Assembly: GCA_035221665.1 (NCBI GenBank)
Contig: CM069150.1
Location: forward strand, 5,952,001 to 6,016,000
Length of the DNA stretch: 64,000 bases
Reading direction: 5' to 3'
Origin: Okamejei kenojei
Taxonomy: Eukaryota
Shown here one piece after another: positions 36,633-51,080 of the stretch (positions are counted from its first letter, which is position 1; every line of letters starts with the position of its first letter). Made by a program: the position numbers and the translations under genes. The notes under the pieces were generated by a model. It searched no databases and had not been told where the DNA came from. It saw only the letters and a program-made list of their open reading frames with translations.

Positions 36633-37673
36633 GGAAGATGGACACAAAAAGTTGGAGTAACTCACTGGGCCAGACTGCATCTCTGGAGAAAAGGAATAGC
36701 TGATGTTTCGGGTCGAGACCCTTCTGAAGAAGTTACTCTTCTGAAGAGGTCTGAATGAGTCATTCCAGCTTTTTGTGTCTATCTTCTCTTTAAACCTGGT
36801 TGCACTCACTCATTCGGCCTCATCGGCCAGGCAACACCATTCACATGCCTGACACCAGACTGCCAACCACCCCATTGAAAATTGCTAAACATTCATGAAT
36901 GTGCTCAAACAAACCTATTTCAAGATGCATCTTCCCCTCTGTGAATCTCTGACCCACGGCCATTCAAACTGGACTAAGAGCATTTGTGATGATATTGGAA
37001 ACCTCACATCGTCTCCTTCAAGAAAACCTCCATCCTCTTGTTGAGTAATGGAGTCATAGAGACATATACACAAAACAGGACCTCTCTTTCACACTGACCA
37101 GGTTTTGTAACTGAGCCTGTCTTTGACCCATATCATTCTAAACCATTCTGATCCATATACCTGTCTAAACATCTTTTGCACTTTGTCTATGTATCTACCT
37201 CAACAGCTTCCTCTGGCAGCTCGTTCCACATTCCTGCCACCTTCTGTGTGAGGAAATGGCCCGTCAGGTCACTTTTAAATCTTATCCCTCTTTTCCTACA
37301 CCTATGCCTTCTGCGCTGTACTCCTTTCCCCAAGGAAAATGACCGTGACCTTTTCTTGATTCTGTGATTCTCTTTATGCTCAACCTTCAGTCTCCTACAT
37401 TACAGGGAAAAATGTTCTAACCAATCTAGCCTCAGCTTTTAACTCAAGCTCGTAAGTCCTGGTAACATCCTGGTGAATCTTTTCTGCACCCTTTCCAGCT
37501 TAATGACTCTCTCTGAATAACAGAGTGACCAGAACTGTACACTTTACCTCAAATGTAGTCTCATCAACATCGTGTGCAGTTTAGTTCAGTTTAGAGATAC
37601 AGTGCAGAAACTGGTCCTTCGGCCCATCGAGTCTGCACCGACCAGCAATCCCTGTACACTAACACTATCCTAT

Positions 37674-38505
37674 ACCATATAACCATATAACCATATAACA
37701 ATTACAGCACGGAGACAGGCCCTCTCGGCCCTTCCAGTCCGTGCCGACCATTTGTTTTCCCCTAGTCCCATCTACCTGCACTCAGACCATACCCCTCCAT
37801 TCCCTTCACGTCCATATACCTATCCACTTTACTTTTAAATGTTAAAATCGATCCTGCCTCCACCACCTCTGCTGGAAGCTCATTCCACACAGACACCACC
37901 CTCTGAGTAAAGAAGTTCCCCTCACGTTACCCCTAAACTTCTGTCCCTTAATTCTCATGTCATGCCCTCTTGTTTGAATCTTCCCTACCCTCAATGGGAA
38001 AAGCTTATCCACGTCAACTCTGTCTATCCCTTTCATCATTTTAAAGACCTCAATCAAGTCCCCCCTTAACCTTCTGCGCTCCAAAGAATAAAGACCTAAC
38101 TTGTTCAACCTTTCTCTGTAACATAGTTGCTGGAACCCTGGCAACATTCTAGTAAATCTCCTCTGTACTCTCTCTATTTTGTTGACATCCTTCCTATAAC
38201 TAGGCGACCAAAATTGTACACCATACTCCAGAATTGGTCTTACCAATGCCTTGTACAATTTTAATATTACTTCCCTACTCCTATATTCAATGCTCTGATT
38301 TATAAAGGCCAGCACACCAAAGGGTTTCTTTACCACCCTATCTACATGCGATTCCACCTTCAGGGAACTATGCACAGTTATTCCTAGATCCCTCTGTTCC
38401 ACAGCATTCCTCAATTCCCTACCATTTACCATGTACGTCCTATTTTGATTTGTCCTGCCTTATCAGCATTAAACTCCATCTGCCATCTTTCAGCCCACTT
38501 TTCCA
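37674..38505 (-). mobile_element. CR1 LINE 3' fragment
   Basis: 196-aa ORF 37842-38432: QRDLGITVHSSLK..LYKALVRPILEYGVQFWSP..ERVQRRFTRMLPG..LYSLERRRLRGDLIEVFK; (ccatataa)3 tail. Confidence 0.95.
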
Positions 38506-39061
38506 AATACACTAGGGACAATTTACTATTTTTTACCAAACCCAATGAACCTACAAACCTCTCTGTCTTTGGAAGGTGGGAGGAAACCGGAGCACCTGGC
38601 AAAAAACCCACGCAGTCAGAAGGAGAAAGTAAAAACTCTATACAGACAGGACCCATAGTCAGGATCGTACCCGGTCCTTGGTGCTGTCAGGCAGCAACTC
38701 TATCCCTGCACCACTGAGCCACCCATGAATGGTCTAACATGGCACACCAGGACATGTACCCAATACATTTACCGATGATGACAGGCATGCCAACTGCCTT
38801 CTTCACCACTCTTTATCATCACTTCATCATCACTTTCATCATCATCATCATAACTCTTTCTCATCACTTCATCATCACTTTCAGGGAAATGTGTACTATA
38901 TCGTTCATCTCTCCATTTAAAACACAAAGTATGGAAGTAACTCAGTGGAACAAGGGTCAGAAGAAGGACCAACCTGAAATGTCACCTATCCATTCCTTCC
39001 ACAGTTGCTGCTTGATCTGCTGAGTTACTCCAGTACTTTGTGATTTCACTGAATTTCTTCA

Positions 39062-42000
39062 GCAACAGAATTCGGTCATTTCAGTGATCCACATCTTCAC
39101 TGCAGGAACTGTTATCTTTTTCCAGAATTTGAGTATAAGTTTTTTCGCAGTTATTAAGCCGTAGTCAAGGAAACGTCTTTGAAATGTCGTTAACTTAGAA
39201 CAGCCCTCTGGCATTCCTAAAATTATTAGTTTTGCATCTGGCTCCAGTTTAATTTGAAGTGTTTTAGAGATAATATCAAATAATCCCATCCAGAAATTTT
39301 GTATCTTTATACAGGATGCAAAGGAATGGGTTAAGGTAGCTTCTTGGAGGTGACATTTATCACTGATAGGGGAGACAGTTGGGAAGATCTTATTCAATTT
39401 AGTCTTTGAATAGTATAGCCTATGCAATATTTTGAATTGTATCAGGGGATGCCTGACATTTTGCTCATACATTGACTTATTCAGATGTATTGGAGATAGA
39501 AGAATCGAGCATATGTTAAAAGGCAAACAATCTTCCCTCTTCATTTTTAACCAATTTACCTGTTGACATGTATTGTCCAACCAGAAAATTATATTTTTAA
39601 TGTTAGTCGCCCAGTAGTAGAAAAGAAAGTTAGGAAGAGCTAATCCTCCGTTTTCTTTGGATTTGCACAAATGTATTTTATGTATTCTTTGGGTTTTGAC
39701 CATTTTTTAGTCAATTTTGACTAATGAATTTTTTAGTGACTATTCATTAGTCCCAAATGAAGTTAGTAATAGTAGAATCAAGTTTTTTTTTTTAACTTTT
39801 GGGGAAATATATCAGTATTGATTGAAATAAATATAGGAGTTGTGGAAGGAAGATCATCTTTATGGCATTTACTCTGCCTATCAGGGAAATAGGAAGTGTT
39901 TTCCAGAATTGAACGTAGGCATATAGTTTAGTAATTAGTGGTGAGAAAATTGTTTTAAATAGAGAGGAGTATTTTCTAGTCACGTAAACTCCGAGATATC
40001 TAATTTTTCGGTAACAATTCTGAAGGGAAATTTTTGAAGCTGAGAAGGATCTTGAGCTTTTATTGGCATAATTTCACTTTTATTCCAATTTATTCTATAA
40101 CCTGAAAAAGCGCCAAATTTTTCTATAACATTTAGTACTTTTTCGGATACTAACTTGGGAATTAGTAATGTATAAAAGTACATCGTCAGCATATAACAAA
40201 ATCTTATTGCTGATATATTTAGTGTTATATCCATGAATGCCCGAATGTGTCCTAATACTCTCTGCAAGGGGTTCTATGGCTAAAGCAAATAACACTGGTG
40301 AAAGGGCGATCCTTGTGTGTTCCCCTGGATAAGTGAAATGTAGGTGAAAGCATTTGGTTTGTCAGTATTCTGGCTGTTGGATTAGTGTATAACAGCTTCA
40401 CCCATGAAATGAAGTTTTCTCCCAATTGAAATGTTTCCAACACTGTGAAAAGATAAGCCCATTCCACTTGGTCGAAAGCTTTTTCTGTGTCTGGAGAAAG
40501 AATTGTTAGATCTTCGTTTGTCGTTCTATGGGAGTATATTATATTAAGCAAATGTCTCAAATTATAAAACGAATGTCGATTAGGTATAAACCCAGTTTGA
40601 TCTGAATGTATTAATTTACTAATAACCAAGCTTAATCTACGTGCCAAAGTCTTAGCTAATATCTTCTGGTCTGTATTTAAAAGGACTATTGCCCCATATG
40701 ATCCAGGCTCCTCAAGGTCTTAATCTTTTTTTTGGAATCAATGTAATAGTTGATTCGGCAAGGGTTTGTGGTAAAGTCTGTTCTTTAAATGCTTGAATAT
40801 AAAGGGCTCATAAGCTTGGAGAAATTGAATAGTTGAATTCTTTATAAAATTCATTACTAAACCCGTCCGGACCTGGCGTTTTTCCACTTTTCAGTGATTT
40901 AATAGTCTCTACAACGTCTTTTGTTGTTATCTCAGCACCTAATTCATCCCATTCCTCCTCAAGTCAAGTCAAGTCAAGTTTATTCATCACATACACATAC
41001 GGGATGTGCAGTGAAATGAAAAGTGGCCGTGCCTGCGACTTTGTGAAAAAAACAAACAAACAACCAACAAACTACAAACAGAATGGAACAGAATCACATG
41101 TTCTTTTTCATATTAAACATTGTGGGCGGTATTGTGGTACAGTAAAGTTAGTCCCTGGTGAGATAGGAGTTTACAGTCCTAATGGCCTCTGGGAAGAAAC
41201 TCCTTCTCAACCTCTCCGTTCTCACAGCATGGCAACGGAGGCATTTGCCTGACTATAGCAGCTGGAACAGTCTGTTGCAGGGGTGGAAAGGGTCTCCCAT
41301 TATCTTATTGGCTCTGGAGTTTCACCTCCTGATGTATAGTTCCTGCAGAGGGGTGAGTGAAGTTCCCATAGTGCATTCGGCCAAACGCACTACGCTCTGC
41401 AGAGCCTTCTTGTCCTGGGCAGAGCAATTCCCAAACCAAATTGTAATATTTCCGGACAAGGGATGGGGGATTGCAATTCTCAAGAAAAGCTTTCATCTTT
41501 GCAGGGTCTGCTGTTTTTTTTGATGAGTATAGTGTTTGATAGAATTTTAAGAATCTTTCATTAATATCTTTAAGCAGTGTAAGCAACTCTCCTTTTTCGA
41601 TCTAATTTTTTGAATAGTGTGATCCTTCTCTGATTTACGGAGTTGACGTGCTAGAAGTTTGTGTGGTTTGTCACCAAATTCAAAAATGTTTTGTTTAGTA
41701 TATTGAAATATCCTAATAATTTTTGCAGAAAGGATCTGATTTAATTTAAATTTTAAAGTGACTTATTATGTTTTGCTGTGGTTGGGTCAATCGCATTTTC
41801 TGAGTCAAGATGTTTAATCTGTTTTTCTAGTTCCAATTGTTCCATCCTGTTTTTCTTGTTTTGAAAAGCTTGGTAAGAGATAATACAGCCTCTGATAAAG
41901 GCCTTGAAAGATTCCCACAATAATGCTGCAGAAATACCAGGTGTGTCGTTTGTCTCAAAGAATATTTTCAACTGCAGCTTCAGATAGTCACAACAACTTG

Positions 42001-42360
42001 GCTCAGTAGTATTTGTGGGTTGAATCTCCAGAACGCTTTTTTATTGTACATTCCTTCCAATTTTAAGGAGAAAGTTAATGGACAATGGTCAGAAATGATA
42101 TTATCGTGATATTTAGGATTACAGGTAAAAGGGATAAGTTTTGCATCAACCAGGAAATAATCAATTCATGTATACGTTTTGTGAACAGCTGAATAAAAAG
42201 AGTATTTTCTTCCGGATGGGTTGGCAATCCTCCATACGTTGGTTATGTTTGATTTATTTATATACGCATTTAAAAGTTCACTCGATTTTGATTTTGGAGT
42301 ACTTTTCCTTTAACGTGAAGATTTATCCAAGTATTGATCTAGTACACAATTTAGGTCTCC
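39062..42360 (-). mobile_element. L1 LINE ORF2 remnant (EN-RT-C-term), frameshifted, with an internal insertion
   Basis: LLWESFKAFIRG, IHSDQTGFIPNR, DTEKAFDQVEWAYL, LFALAIEPLA, LLYADDVLLY, GGLALPNF..YYWA, IQFKILHRLY, C..C..HSFASC. Confidence 0.95.
40962..41458 (-). mobile_element. Rex1/RTE-like 3' fragment with (TTGAC)n tail, inserted in the L1
   Basis: (aagtc)n at 40962-40979 and ccagggctt/ERSRK-like coding remnant. The L1 frame is interrupted between ~40960 and ~41460. Confidence 0.6.
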
Positions 42361-42419
42361 TTCAAAGCTGTATCTCTAAAACTAAAACTAAAATCTAAAA
42401 GACAGAGAGGGGGGCAGTG

Positions 42420-42685
42420 TGATGATCTGAGGTGTCATCCCCAATGTGAAGAAGAGGTAGGGATCCCTGCAGTCCTTTCATTCTCAGTTTGCATCTTAGT
42501 CTTTGAACGCTTATTTCTTTAGATGGCTGAACAACATGATGGGGCACTGAAAGTGAAAGTGAATTTCAACATCAATATCGGCCTTTGCTGAAAGGCGGCT
42601 CCCAAGATATGAGAAGTGGTGTACATTTTCTAGGGTCTCTCCATGGATCTTTATTGTCGTGCCTGGAGCTGCACTTTGGTCGAGG
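42420..42685 (-). mobile_element. RTE/BovB-like LINE fragment
   Basis: Minus-strand translation KIHGETLENVHHFSYLGSRLSAKADIDVEI. Confidence 0.6.
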
Positions 42686-42900
42686 ACACAAAATGCTGGA
42701 GTAACTCAGCAGACAGGCAGCATCTCTGGATAGAAGGAATGGGTGATGTTTCGGGTCAAGACACTTCTTCAGACTAAGAGGTGTTGACCCGAAACATCAC
42801 CCATTCCTTCTCTCCAGAGATGCCGCCTGTCGCGCTGAGTTACCCGAGCAATTTGTGTCTATCCTCGGTTTAAACCAGCATCTGCTGTTCCTTCCTATAC
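42685..42900. mobile_element. Penelope-derived fold-back element
   Basis: Inverted arms around cttcagactaagaggtgttgacccgaaacatc; flanked by an imperfect tttggt(c/a)gagga(c) duplication. Confidence 0.75.
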
Positions 42901-44220
42901 ATTTGGTAGAGGACCATTGTTTTATGCATGTTTGCTGTAAGAACTGTTATATCATATACTTCTCAAAAAACATGTAGCTGAATATCCAAATGTTTCCAAG
43001 TGTCATCTCTATACGTCACCTTGACAATTGAAGTTTGAGCAACCTTCAATCTGGGTGTAGGTGATGGAGAGGGAACAATTTCTTATTCATGCTACTGATA
43101 ACCTCTGAAGTATTACTGCGTTGAGATAATTGAGAAGAGGTTTGAAAAAGTGACATTGTTCAATCTTCAACCCAAATCTCTAGTTAGTTTAGATTGCAGT
43201 GGTCAGAATCTCTTCTTACAGGTCATTGAGTAGCAGGTAGACACAAAATGCAGGAGTAACTCATCAGGACAAGCAGCATCTCTGCAGAGAAGGAATAGTT
43301 GACGTTTTGGGTCGAGTCCCTTATTCAGACTGGTCATTGAGTAACTGAACTTGTCTGGTCGTGAGGGCTACTATTCAAAGTATTATCTCTATTTGCTGTT
43401 TTAAGATATCTTACAATAACAATTTCTCATTTTTGTCAATACCTTGGTTTGATACTGGGTCACACTTTCACGTCCTTTCAAGGTTGTTGAAAATGAAATC
43501 TGGTGAAATCAAATCAAACCAATGCAAGCTAGAGGTGCAAACAGTGATACAAAATCACGGTTGCAGTCGGAAGAGGGACATTTTCTCTCACTGACAAATT
43601 CAGTAAAGAGTAGAAGAATGAGTCTGAAGAAGGGTCTTGACCCGAAACATCGCCCATTCTTTTTCCCCAGAGATGATGCCTGACCCGCTGAGGTACTCCA
43701 GCATTTTGTGTCTACCAGAAGAATGAAACTGCTGGAGATAATTGGTAGATCAGCCAGCAACAGTGAAGATTGAAATAGAGTTAAGGTTTCAGGTCAAAGA
43801 ACCTTCGTTGGAATTAGAGAAGTTAAAAAGATAATACATTTAAAGTTGGAAGGCCCATGAGTGTAAAGGGCAGAGTATGGTTAAGAAAAGAAATGAGGCT
43901 GAAAATCTGTCAATAACAGTAGAGAAACTCACATTTAAAGATTAAAGAACACCATCTCAGGGATGTCGGTTTAGAAAGTCTCATGTTCTGAGCAGAACCA
44001 ACAGAGATGTAGATAGAGACACTAGAAGATTGGAGTCCTTGCAGAAGGCAGAGTGGCATTGGGAGTTATATTGATTGTGGGTGTCTGTCTGCTTGTAATG
44101 GATATTGGGCCATAGCATGACCCTTGAAATTGAGATAGAGATCTGGAAGGGATGGGAAGAGTCAGCGATGGACCAGAAGAACAGAGTGGAAGTTGGCAGC
44201 TAACTGGCAGGGTGAAAATT

Positions 44221-44473
44221 GTGCGGCACAATGGCGCAGTGGTAGAGTTGCTGCCTAGCAGCCCTTGTAGCGCCAAAGACCAGGGTAGGATCCCGACTAC
44301 GGGTGCTGCCTGTACAGAGTTTGTACGTTCTTCCCATGACCACGTAAGTTTTCTCAGTGGTCTTCGGTTTCCTCCCACACTCCAAAGACATACAGATCGT
44401 TGGCCCATGGGGCCTTGGTGGACCGAAGGGTCTGTTTCTGCGCTGTATCTCTAAACTAAACTAAAGTAAAACT
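44221..44473 (+). mobile_element. HE1-like SINE
   Basis: gcggcacaatggcgcagtggtagagttgctgcct head, core, and (taaac)n tail. Confidence 0.8.
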
Positions 44474-44719
44474 GATTAAATCCTCACATTCCATAAGTGC
44501 CTCAAGTTATATCAATAGATCATCAATGTACCAGAAGAGAAAGCAGGGTAAGGGTCCGAATTGGCATGTAATATGGATTACGTCAGATATCCCACAGGGT
44601 AACAACATGGCATAATCAGTATGTTCCTTTAGCTATACTACTACTTTATTTCTGCATTTCTGCCCTCATCCCCAACTTCTCCCACCCAAAGAAAGAGAGA
44701 ATTCCTCTTTCCCTTATTT

Positions 44720-45690
44720 TTTTAACACATCTTCCCCTCCCCTCTCCTTGAAAGGAACCATCCCCTCTATGATTCCTTTATCCACTCTTCCAACCCTATC
44801 AATCACTTCTCCCTTTATGTGGTGACTATTTGCATACCTTGGGTATACAAGCAAAGAATTTCACTGAGACCTGTCACGTGGCAATAAAGTATTCATTCAT
44901 TCATTCATTCATTCATTTCTTTCACTGAACACTCTCATGTAATATCAGGAGATGCATCACCTGCTCTTTCACCTCTTTCCATTACAACATCCAGGGACTC
45001 AGACTTTGTTGAGACCCAGTCAGCCGTGTGTGCTTCTTCTAATCTATTGACATGGCCTCCTCCACAGTGAGAAACCAAATACTAATTGGGTGACTACTTC
45101 TCGGAACAACCCCATTCAATGCACAAGGGAACCTTTGCACTTTGAATCGGCTCCCTGTTTAATTTTTTGTCTCCTTCTTAGAATAACCACCTGCACTGTT
45201 CCAACAAATCCTATAAATAAACTTGAAGACCAGCACCTCATCTTCCTTGTGGGCATGTTGTAGTCCTCTAAACTCAATATTAGATTTAATAGTTTCAGCT
45301 AGTTAGCCTTCCCTATTTGTGATAGAACTGGCCAGTTTTACAACCAAGTGGTATGAATATTGATTTATCTAACTTCAAGTAACCCTTGCATCCCCTCTCT
45401 CTCTCCATCCCTCCCCCACCCTAGTTGTCGTACTGGTTTCAATGTCGTCCTGTTGAGTTTCATTGTCTGTAACTTGTTTTCACCTAGCTACGGCTAATAA
45501 TAGCCTGTTTCGTTTATCATCATTACCCTTTTGCATATTTTTCATTCATTTGTTCTATATTTTTCCATTTCACCATCTAAATCTCTTGTTTCCCTTTCCC
45601 CTGAATCTCAGCCTGAAGAAAGATCTCCTGAAATATCACCTATTCCTTTTCTTCAGAGATGCTGAGTTACTCCAGCTTTTTGTGTCTATT
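44720..45690 (+). mobile_element. Penelope-like fragments (old GIY-YIG region plus younger 3' end)
   Basis: Similarity to 29474-30115 and 53270-53735: aacttgaagaccagcacctcatcttc, ctaacttcaagtaaccc, ctgaagaaag..gaaatatcacc. Confidence 0.65.
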
Positions 45691-46019
45691 TTATGGCTGG
45701 TTTGAATGTAAAATCATAAATCTTATGTTCGTGTACTTCAGATTTATCACAGCCACAACTCACTTTTCCAACACTTTTTGGCCCACCTCCATTGTCCTTA
45801 TTCATCTCCTGGTGTTCACACCTCTCCAGACAGATCAGCATTGATCAACAACCATTAACCTCCCTCTCACAGATTACAATATTGTCACCTGGACAACCAT
45901 CGTCTCTACAGGTAGTTCCTCTTTCTCCCCTTCACAAATGTTCGCTGCGTAGCTTTATAGTTTTCTGTTTTTATTTCAAATTTGCAGCGATTGCCATTTT
46001 TTTTTGCTTGTCAAGTTGA

Positions 46020-46328
46020 GTTTAGTTTGGTTTAGATACACAGCGTTGAAACAGCCCCTTCGGCCCATCGAGTCCGCACCAACCAGCGATCCCCCTACAT
46101 TAACACTACCCTATACACCCTTTGGACAATTTTTTACGTTTACACCAAGCCAATTAACCTACAAACCTATACGTCTTTGGAGTGCGGGAGGAAACCGAAG
46201 ATCTTGGAAAAAACCCATGCAGGTCGTGGGGAGAAGGTACAAACTCCAGACAGACTCGTAATCAGGATCGAACCCGGGTCTCTGGCGCTGTACGGCAGTA
46301 ACTCTACCGCTACGCCACCATGCCACCC
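46020..46328 (-). mobile_element. HE1-like SINE, full length
   Basis: Head gggtggcatggtggcgtagcggtagag..cccgggttcgatcc, core and tail. Confidence 0.85.
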
Positions 46329-46642
46329 GAATACTGGAATTTTCCATGATGTTCATTTGGATTCCCAGAAGAAATTCCAGGTTATCTAGGTTATCCTTGT
46401 TAATGGTGAAATCCATGGGACTGGGCAAGAAATTCCACAGCGTTGGAAACCAGAGACACAATTCCAGGCCAGGATAGCATGAGAAACCTGCCATCTTCGG
46501 GGTTTGGTGGTTGTCTTTCAACTTGAGGATAAGAAAGCCCATCGCTGTTTCTTCAGTGTTATCTGACTGAAAATCGACTTTTTAGGAGTGAAATACAACA
46601 AAAACCATTTCCAAATCATTTCATCTTTTTTGCATATGATGT

Positions 46643-47020
46643 GGGAATGAGGGGGGATCTCATTGAAACTTACCAAATAGTGAAAGGCTTGAATAGAGTG
46701 GATGTGGAGAGGATGTTTCCACTAGTGGGAGAGTCTAGGACCAGAAGTCAGCCTCAGAATTAAAGGATGTTCCTTTCGGAAGGAGATGAGGAAGAATTTT
46801 GTTAGTCAGAAGGTGGTGAATCTGTGGAATTCTTCCCCACAGAAGGCAATGGACATTTTTAAGGCAGAGATAGATAGATTATTGATTAGTATCGGTGTCA
46901 AAGGTTATAGGGAGAAGGCAGGAGAATGGGGTTAGGAGGGAGAGATAGATCAACCATGATTGAATGGCGGAGTAGAGTTGATGGGCCGAAAGGCATAATT
47001 CTGCTCCCATCGCTTATGAT
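46643..47020 (+). mobile_element. CR1 3' fragment
   Basis: MRGDLIETYQIVKGLNRVDVERMFPLVGESRTR. Confidence 0.85.
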
Positions 47021-48324
47021 ATTATATTTGGACTGTTGTCATGGGAATGACCACCAATGTTCTCCCTGGAGGCAACTTCATGCCATTATGATTGGACTGT
47101 ATCAGGATCCATGTGGAGAAAGATCCTTCACGATACTCGATCCTTCAGGGCCACCCAATCACGCACCAAAGCAAACTACGTTATTGACAAGATTATCTCC
47201 TAGTGGCTCTGTACGCTTGCCTCTCTTCCCTTAAGTCCCCTGAACACCTTGTCATGAGCTTACCAGATTTCTGAACCTCTTGAACGTCTAAGGCCTCCTG
47301 AATCCCTAACCCAGACATCTACTATGATCACATCCTCACCTCCCAAAACCAATCCAATTAGCCAAGACCACAGATGGAAGCTCTCAACCTCTATCCACGC
47401 ACCCACAACCTTGGACACTTTACAATATACCGCATCATATCCCAGATCCCTGATCCTTCCCAACATTTCTCCCCTCTGCCTAACATCAGGGCCCTAAACC
47501 TTTAGAAAACCTACACCACTCATTCATTGGTGACGTTTCTGGTTGAGATCCTTCTTCAGACTGAGAGACAGGGGAAAGCATCTCCTGAGATGCTGCCTGA
47601 CCCGCTGAGTTATTCCAGCTTTTGTGTCTTTTGTGAAGAGTAGAATATTTCCACGTATAATAAGAATAATTTGGAACACTTTCTACATCAAGTTACCACG
47701 TAATAGAAGGAACAGAGAAATGCCCCATCTGGTCCCACCTGCCCGCGTGTGGCCCATAATATCCGCCTAAACATTTCCAATCCATGTTCCTATCCGAATA
47801 TCTTTTAAATGTTGTTGTGGTGCCTGCCTCACCTACCTCCTCTGGCAGCTCGATCCATATACCCATCATCCTTTGTGCGAAAAATGTGCCCCTCAGATTC
47901 CCATTAAATATTAAATTCAAAAGTCACACACAAGCAAATGTTTAGTCCTATGAATAGCGGATCTTGTTTTCCACCGTTTACTGATTGTTTTTTCTTAGTG
48001 TTCTTATGATGCCGTTCATGACAATACTGTGGAGATACGGCAACCATATTGCGTGATCATTGTGCATTTTTGAACCTATGGACAACATGCATTTATGAGC
48101 ATCTATAAACCAGATTAGCATTATTTTTACTCAGGGGCAGACATGCGCTGAGATGGTGGAATTATGAAGAAAAGTTCAAAGTATAGTCTGATGTCAAGGC
48201 TAGACCTTAAACACTGAACAAAGAGCTGCAAATGCTGAATGGATTTTCTTTTGGTAATAATTTGTTTGTGTGAACCCCAAGCAACCATTGATATCAATCT
48301 TGGCTTAAACCCAGCAGTGTGAAT

Positions 48325-48708
48325 ATTTCTCTACCTTCAAGTAACCCCTGCAACATCAAGTAATCCCTTCAAGTAACCCCTCCCCCACACACGTCACACC
48401 AGCTTCATAGCGGTCTTGTTGAGTCTCATTGACTGTACTCGTTCTCACCGAGCACACGGCTAACAATGGCCTGTTTACTTGATCATTGTTACTTTTTGGC
48501 ACATCGTTCATTCATTTGTTCTGTATCTCTCTACGATACTGTCTATATCTTTTGTTTCCCTTTCCCCTGACTCTCAGTCTGAAGAAGGGTCTTGACCCGA
48601 AACACCACCTATTCCTTTTCTCCAGAGATGATGTCTGACCCACTGAGTTACTCCAGCTTTTTGTGTCTATCTTTGGTTTGACCCAGCATCTGCAGTTCCT
48701 TCCTACAC
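48325..48708 (+). mobile_element. Penelope 3' end with hammerhead-type terminal module
   Basis: ttcaagtaaccc...ctgaagaagggtcttgacccgaaacacc...gcatctgcagttccttcctacac. Confidence 0.75.
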
Positions 48709-50739
48709 AATCTTGGCTGCAAGTTCTCTTTTATTTGGTTCTCAGATGAAATCTCTTGACAAATACTTTCTCATTTCACCTCATTTGCTTTACGCCGTAT
48801 TTCCACATTGCAGAGAATTATTCTGAGCAAAGATTTTTCTCAGTGAATCATTCTGTGTTTGTCTCTTTAAAATGTTGTGGCCAGAGTACGTGGTGGGGGA
48901 GGGAGCAGAGAAAACTGAAAAAAAATTACGATCGCAGGGAATGGAGGGATATGGATCACATGCAAGCTGATGAGATTAGTTTAACTTGGCATCATTTTCA
49001 GCACAGACTAGTGGCCAAAGGATATGTTTCAGTGCTGTGCTGTTCTACGCTTAACTATTGAATAGTATGTGTCAAGGCAAATTATCATGTGTAGAGTGTC
49101 CTTTATTATTTATGCAACTCAGCTATATCTGAGCAGCACATTCCGTCCCCCGTTCTTGCATTATGCAGGTGGTTATTACACAGTTTTGTCCATGTTCAAT
49201 TGCGCTCGGTGCTGGAAATGTTGACCTGTTTGCAAACCGTTTAAGAAAGAAGTGCAATGCTGGAAAAATCAAAGGTAGACAAAATAGCTGGAGAAACTCA
49301 GCGGGTGAGGCAGCATCTATGGAGCGAAGGAATAGGTGGAATTTACAAACCGAATGTCTTTGTCATTGTCTTAGTTCTTTTTGATTCCTCTCTGAAAAAA
49401 GATTTTCTTGCAAAACACTGTTTTGGTGTGAAGTGGTTTTGCATGTTCTCCACGGTGAAATATAAGGGGAACATTTTTATATGGAGATGTATAATTGCAT
49501 AATTAATACTGCAAGAACTATTGACTGCAAGATCAGTTCTGATTTTCTTTTGAAGAACGATCACGATTGTCAGAGGGGAAGGAGAGAGGACGTTCACAAT
49601 TTCATTCATGCAAATAGCAGCTGCAAAATGAACAGAAATGAAAGAATTTCTTGGCTTAGTGAAAGGAGGATGGTAATCTGTCCGCCCTCACTCTCTCTAC
49701 CCCGATCCATCTGTCACATAGGATGAGCTGTTGGAATGAGTCTTGCTATTTGTCCAGACAAACACAAAATGTATTTTCTCAAAACATAATGAATGGTTCT
49801 CAATTTGTCTGTCAAGAAAGCAAGACACTGATATATGCCAGCGCAGATGGAATCTATTTTTATTAATAAAGGCTAGTCTCTAACAAAAACAAAACCCAAA
49901 TGCCACATTTCAATTAGAATGGCATTTGTCATTCCTCCTGCCAGGCTTACAAACGCAGTTTTGAATGCTAACTGCTATTTTCTTCCCCTAAAAGTAAAAA
50001 TGTTGGTCGTCAATATTTGCCAGCCCCCCAGCGCATGCCTACCACCCTCATAGAGATATCACGGACATTAATCCACTCTCAGTTGCACCGGACCTTTAGA
50101 CTGTTGTGTATCTCTCTCATTCTGCTTGACAAGCCATGAGCAGCTTGTGTACAGAGACGGCAGGCTCAAACTGCTGACGAGAAGCATTTTGTGTAGCAGT
50201 CTCGCGAACATCCACACTTCCTCACGCAGAAGCCCACTGAGAGCGCGAGTCAGCACAAAACACAAGCATAAAACCACCTCGTAAAGTATACAGTACATGT
50301 TATTAAAGAGTACCAGATACCCTGGAGTGATCGCAACAGCAAACTAATGAAGGCCGTTGAATGATAGTTATAAAACTGTTCCTGCATTACAGTTTATGAT
50401 GCTCCTTAAATTAATTATCATAAGCTACGGTAATAAAGGCTGGACCATAAGAATTTAGATCCATTGCAAGAACCCGCAGAGGAGTTCAGTCACACTGGTG
50501 ATTCTGCCGTTTCCCAGCGTTCTGCATCATCGCATGATGATGGTGGCTGTGGATAAATATGGTTTCAAGGACACGGTTAGACACCATACCACACTCTCCC
50601 CCACCCCCCTTCCTCCCCAACCTCTCAGCCCCCATGCTATTCCTTGTGTGTTATCAGCTGAACTGACTACAACCACATAAGGTCCAGTCTGTCTGATGTA
50701 CGTAGCCTTTATGGCACAGAGGGAGACCATTCAAAATCC

Positions 50740-51080
50740 AGTCTGAAGAAGGGTCTCGAACCAAAACGTCACCCATTCCTTCTCTCCAGAGATGCTGCCC
50801 GTCCCGCTGAGTTACTCCAGCATTTTGAGCCTATCTTCCATTAAATCAATAGCAAGACACAAAAAGCTGGAGCAACTCAGTGGGTCAGACGACATCTCTG
50901 GAGAAAAGGAATTGGTGATGCTTCGGGTCGAGACCTTTCTTCAGACTGAGGGTCAGGGGAAAAGGAAACAAGAGATATAGACGGCGATGTCGACAGACAG
51001 AGAAAAATTGAATAAAAGATATGCCAAAAAGTAACGATGGTAAAGGAAACTGGTGATTGTGGCGATAGCTGGAGCTGTGG
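50740..51080. mobile_element. Two Penelope terminal modules, tail to tail
   Basis: gtctgaagaagggtctcgaaccaaaacgtc on + (50741-50770) and an inverted copy at 50856-50946 continuing into Penelope 3' sequence. Confidence 0.7.

Noticed and set aside
46400-46566. Possible TDP2 exon 3 (minus strand, ..PEDGRFLMLSW.. after tttcag)
   Set aside because: Only a faint resemblance to ENGSMFSLITW. It needs a frameshift and the essential NIDGLD motif is absent.
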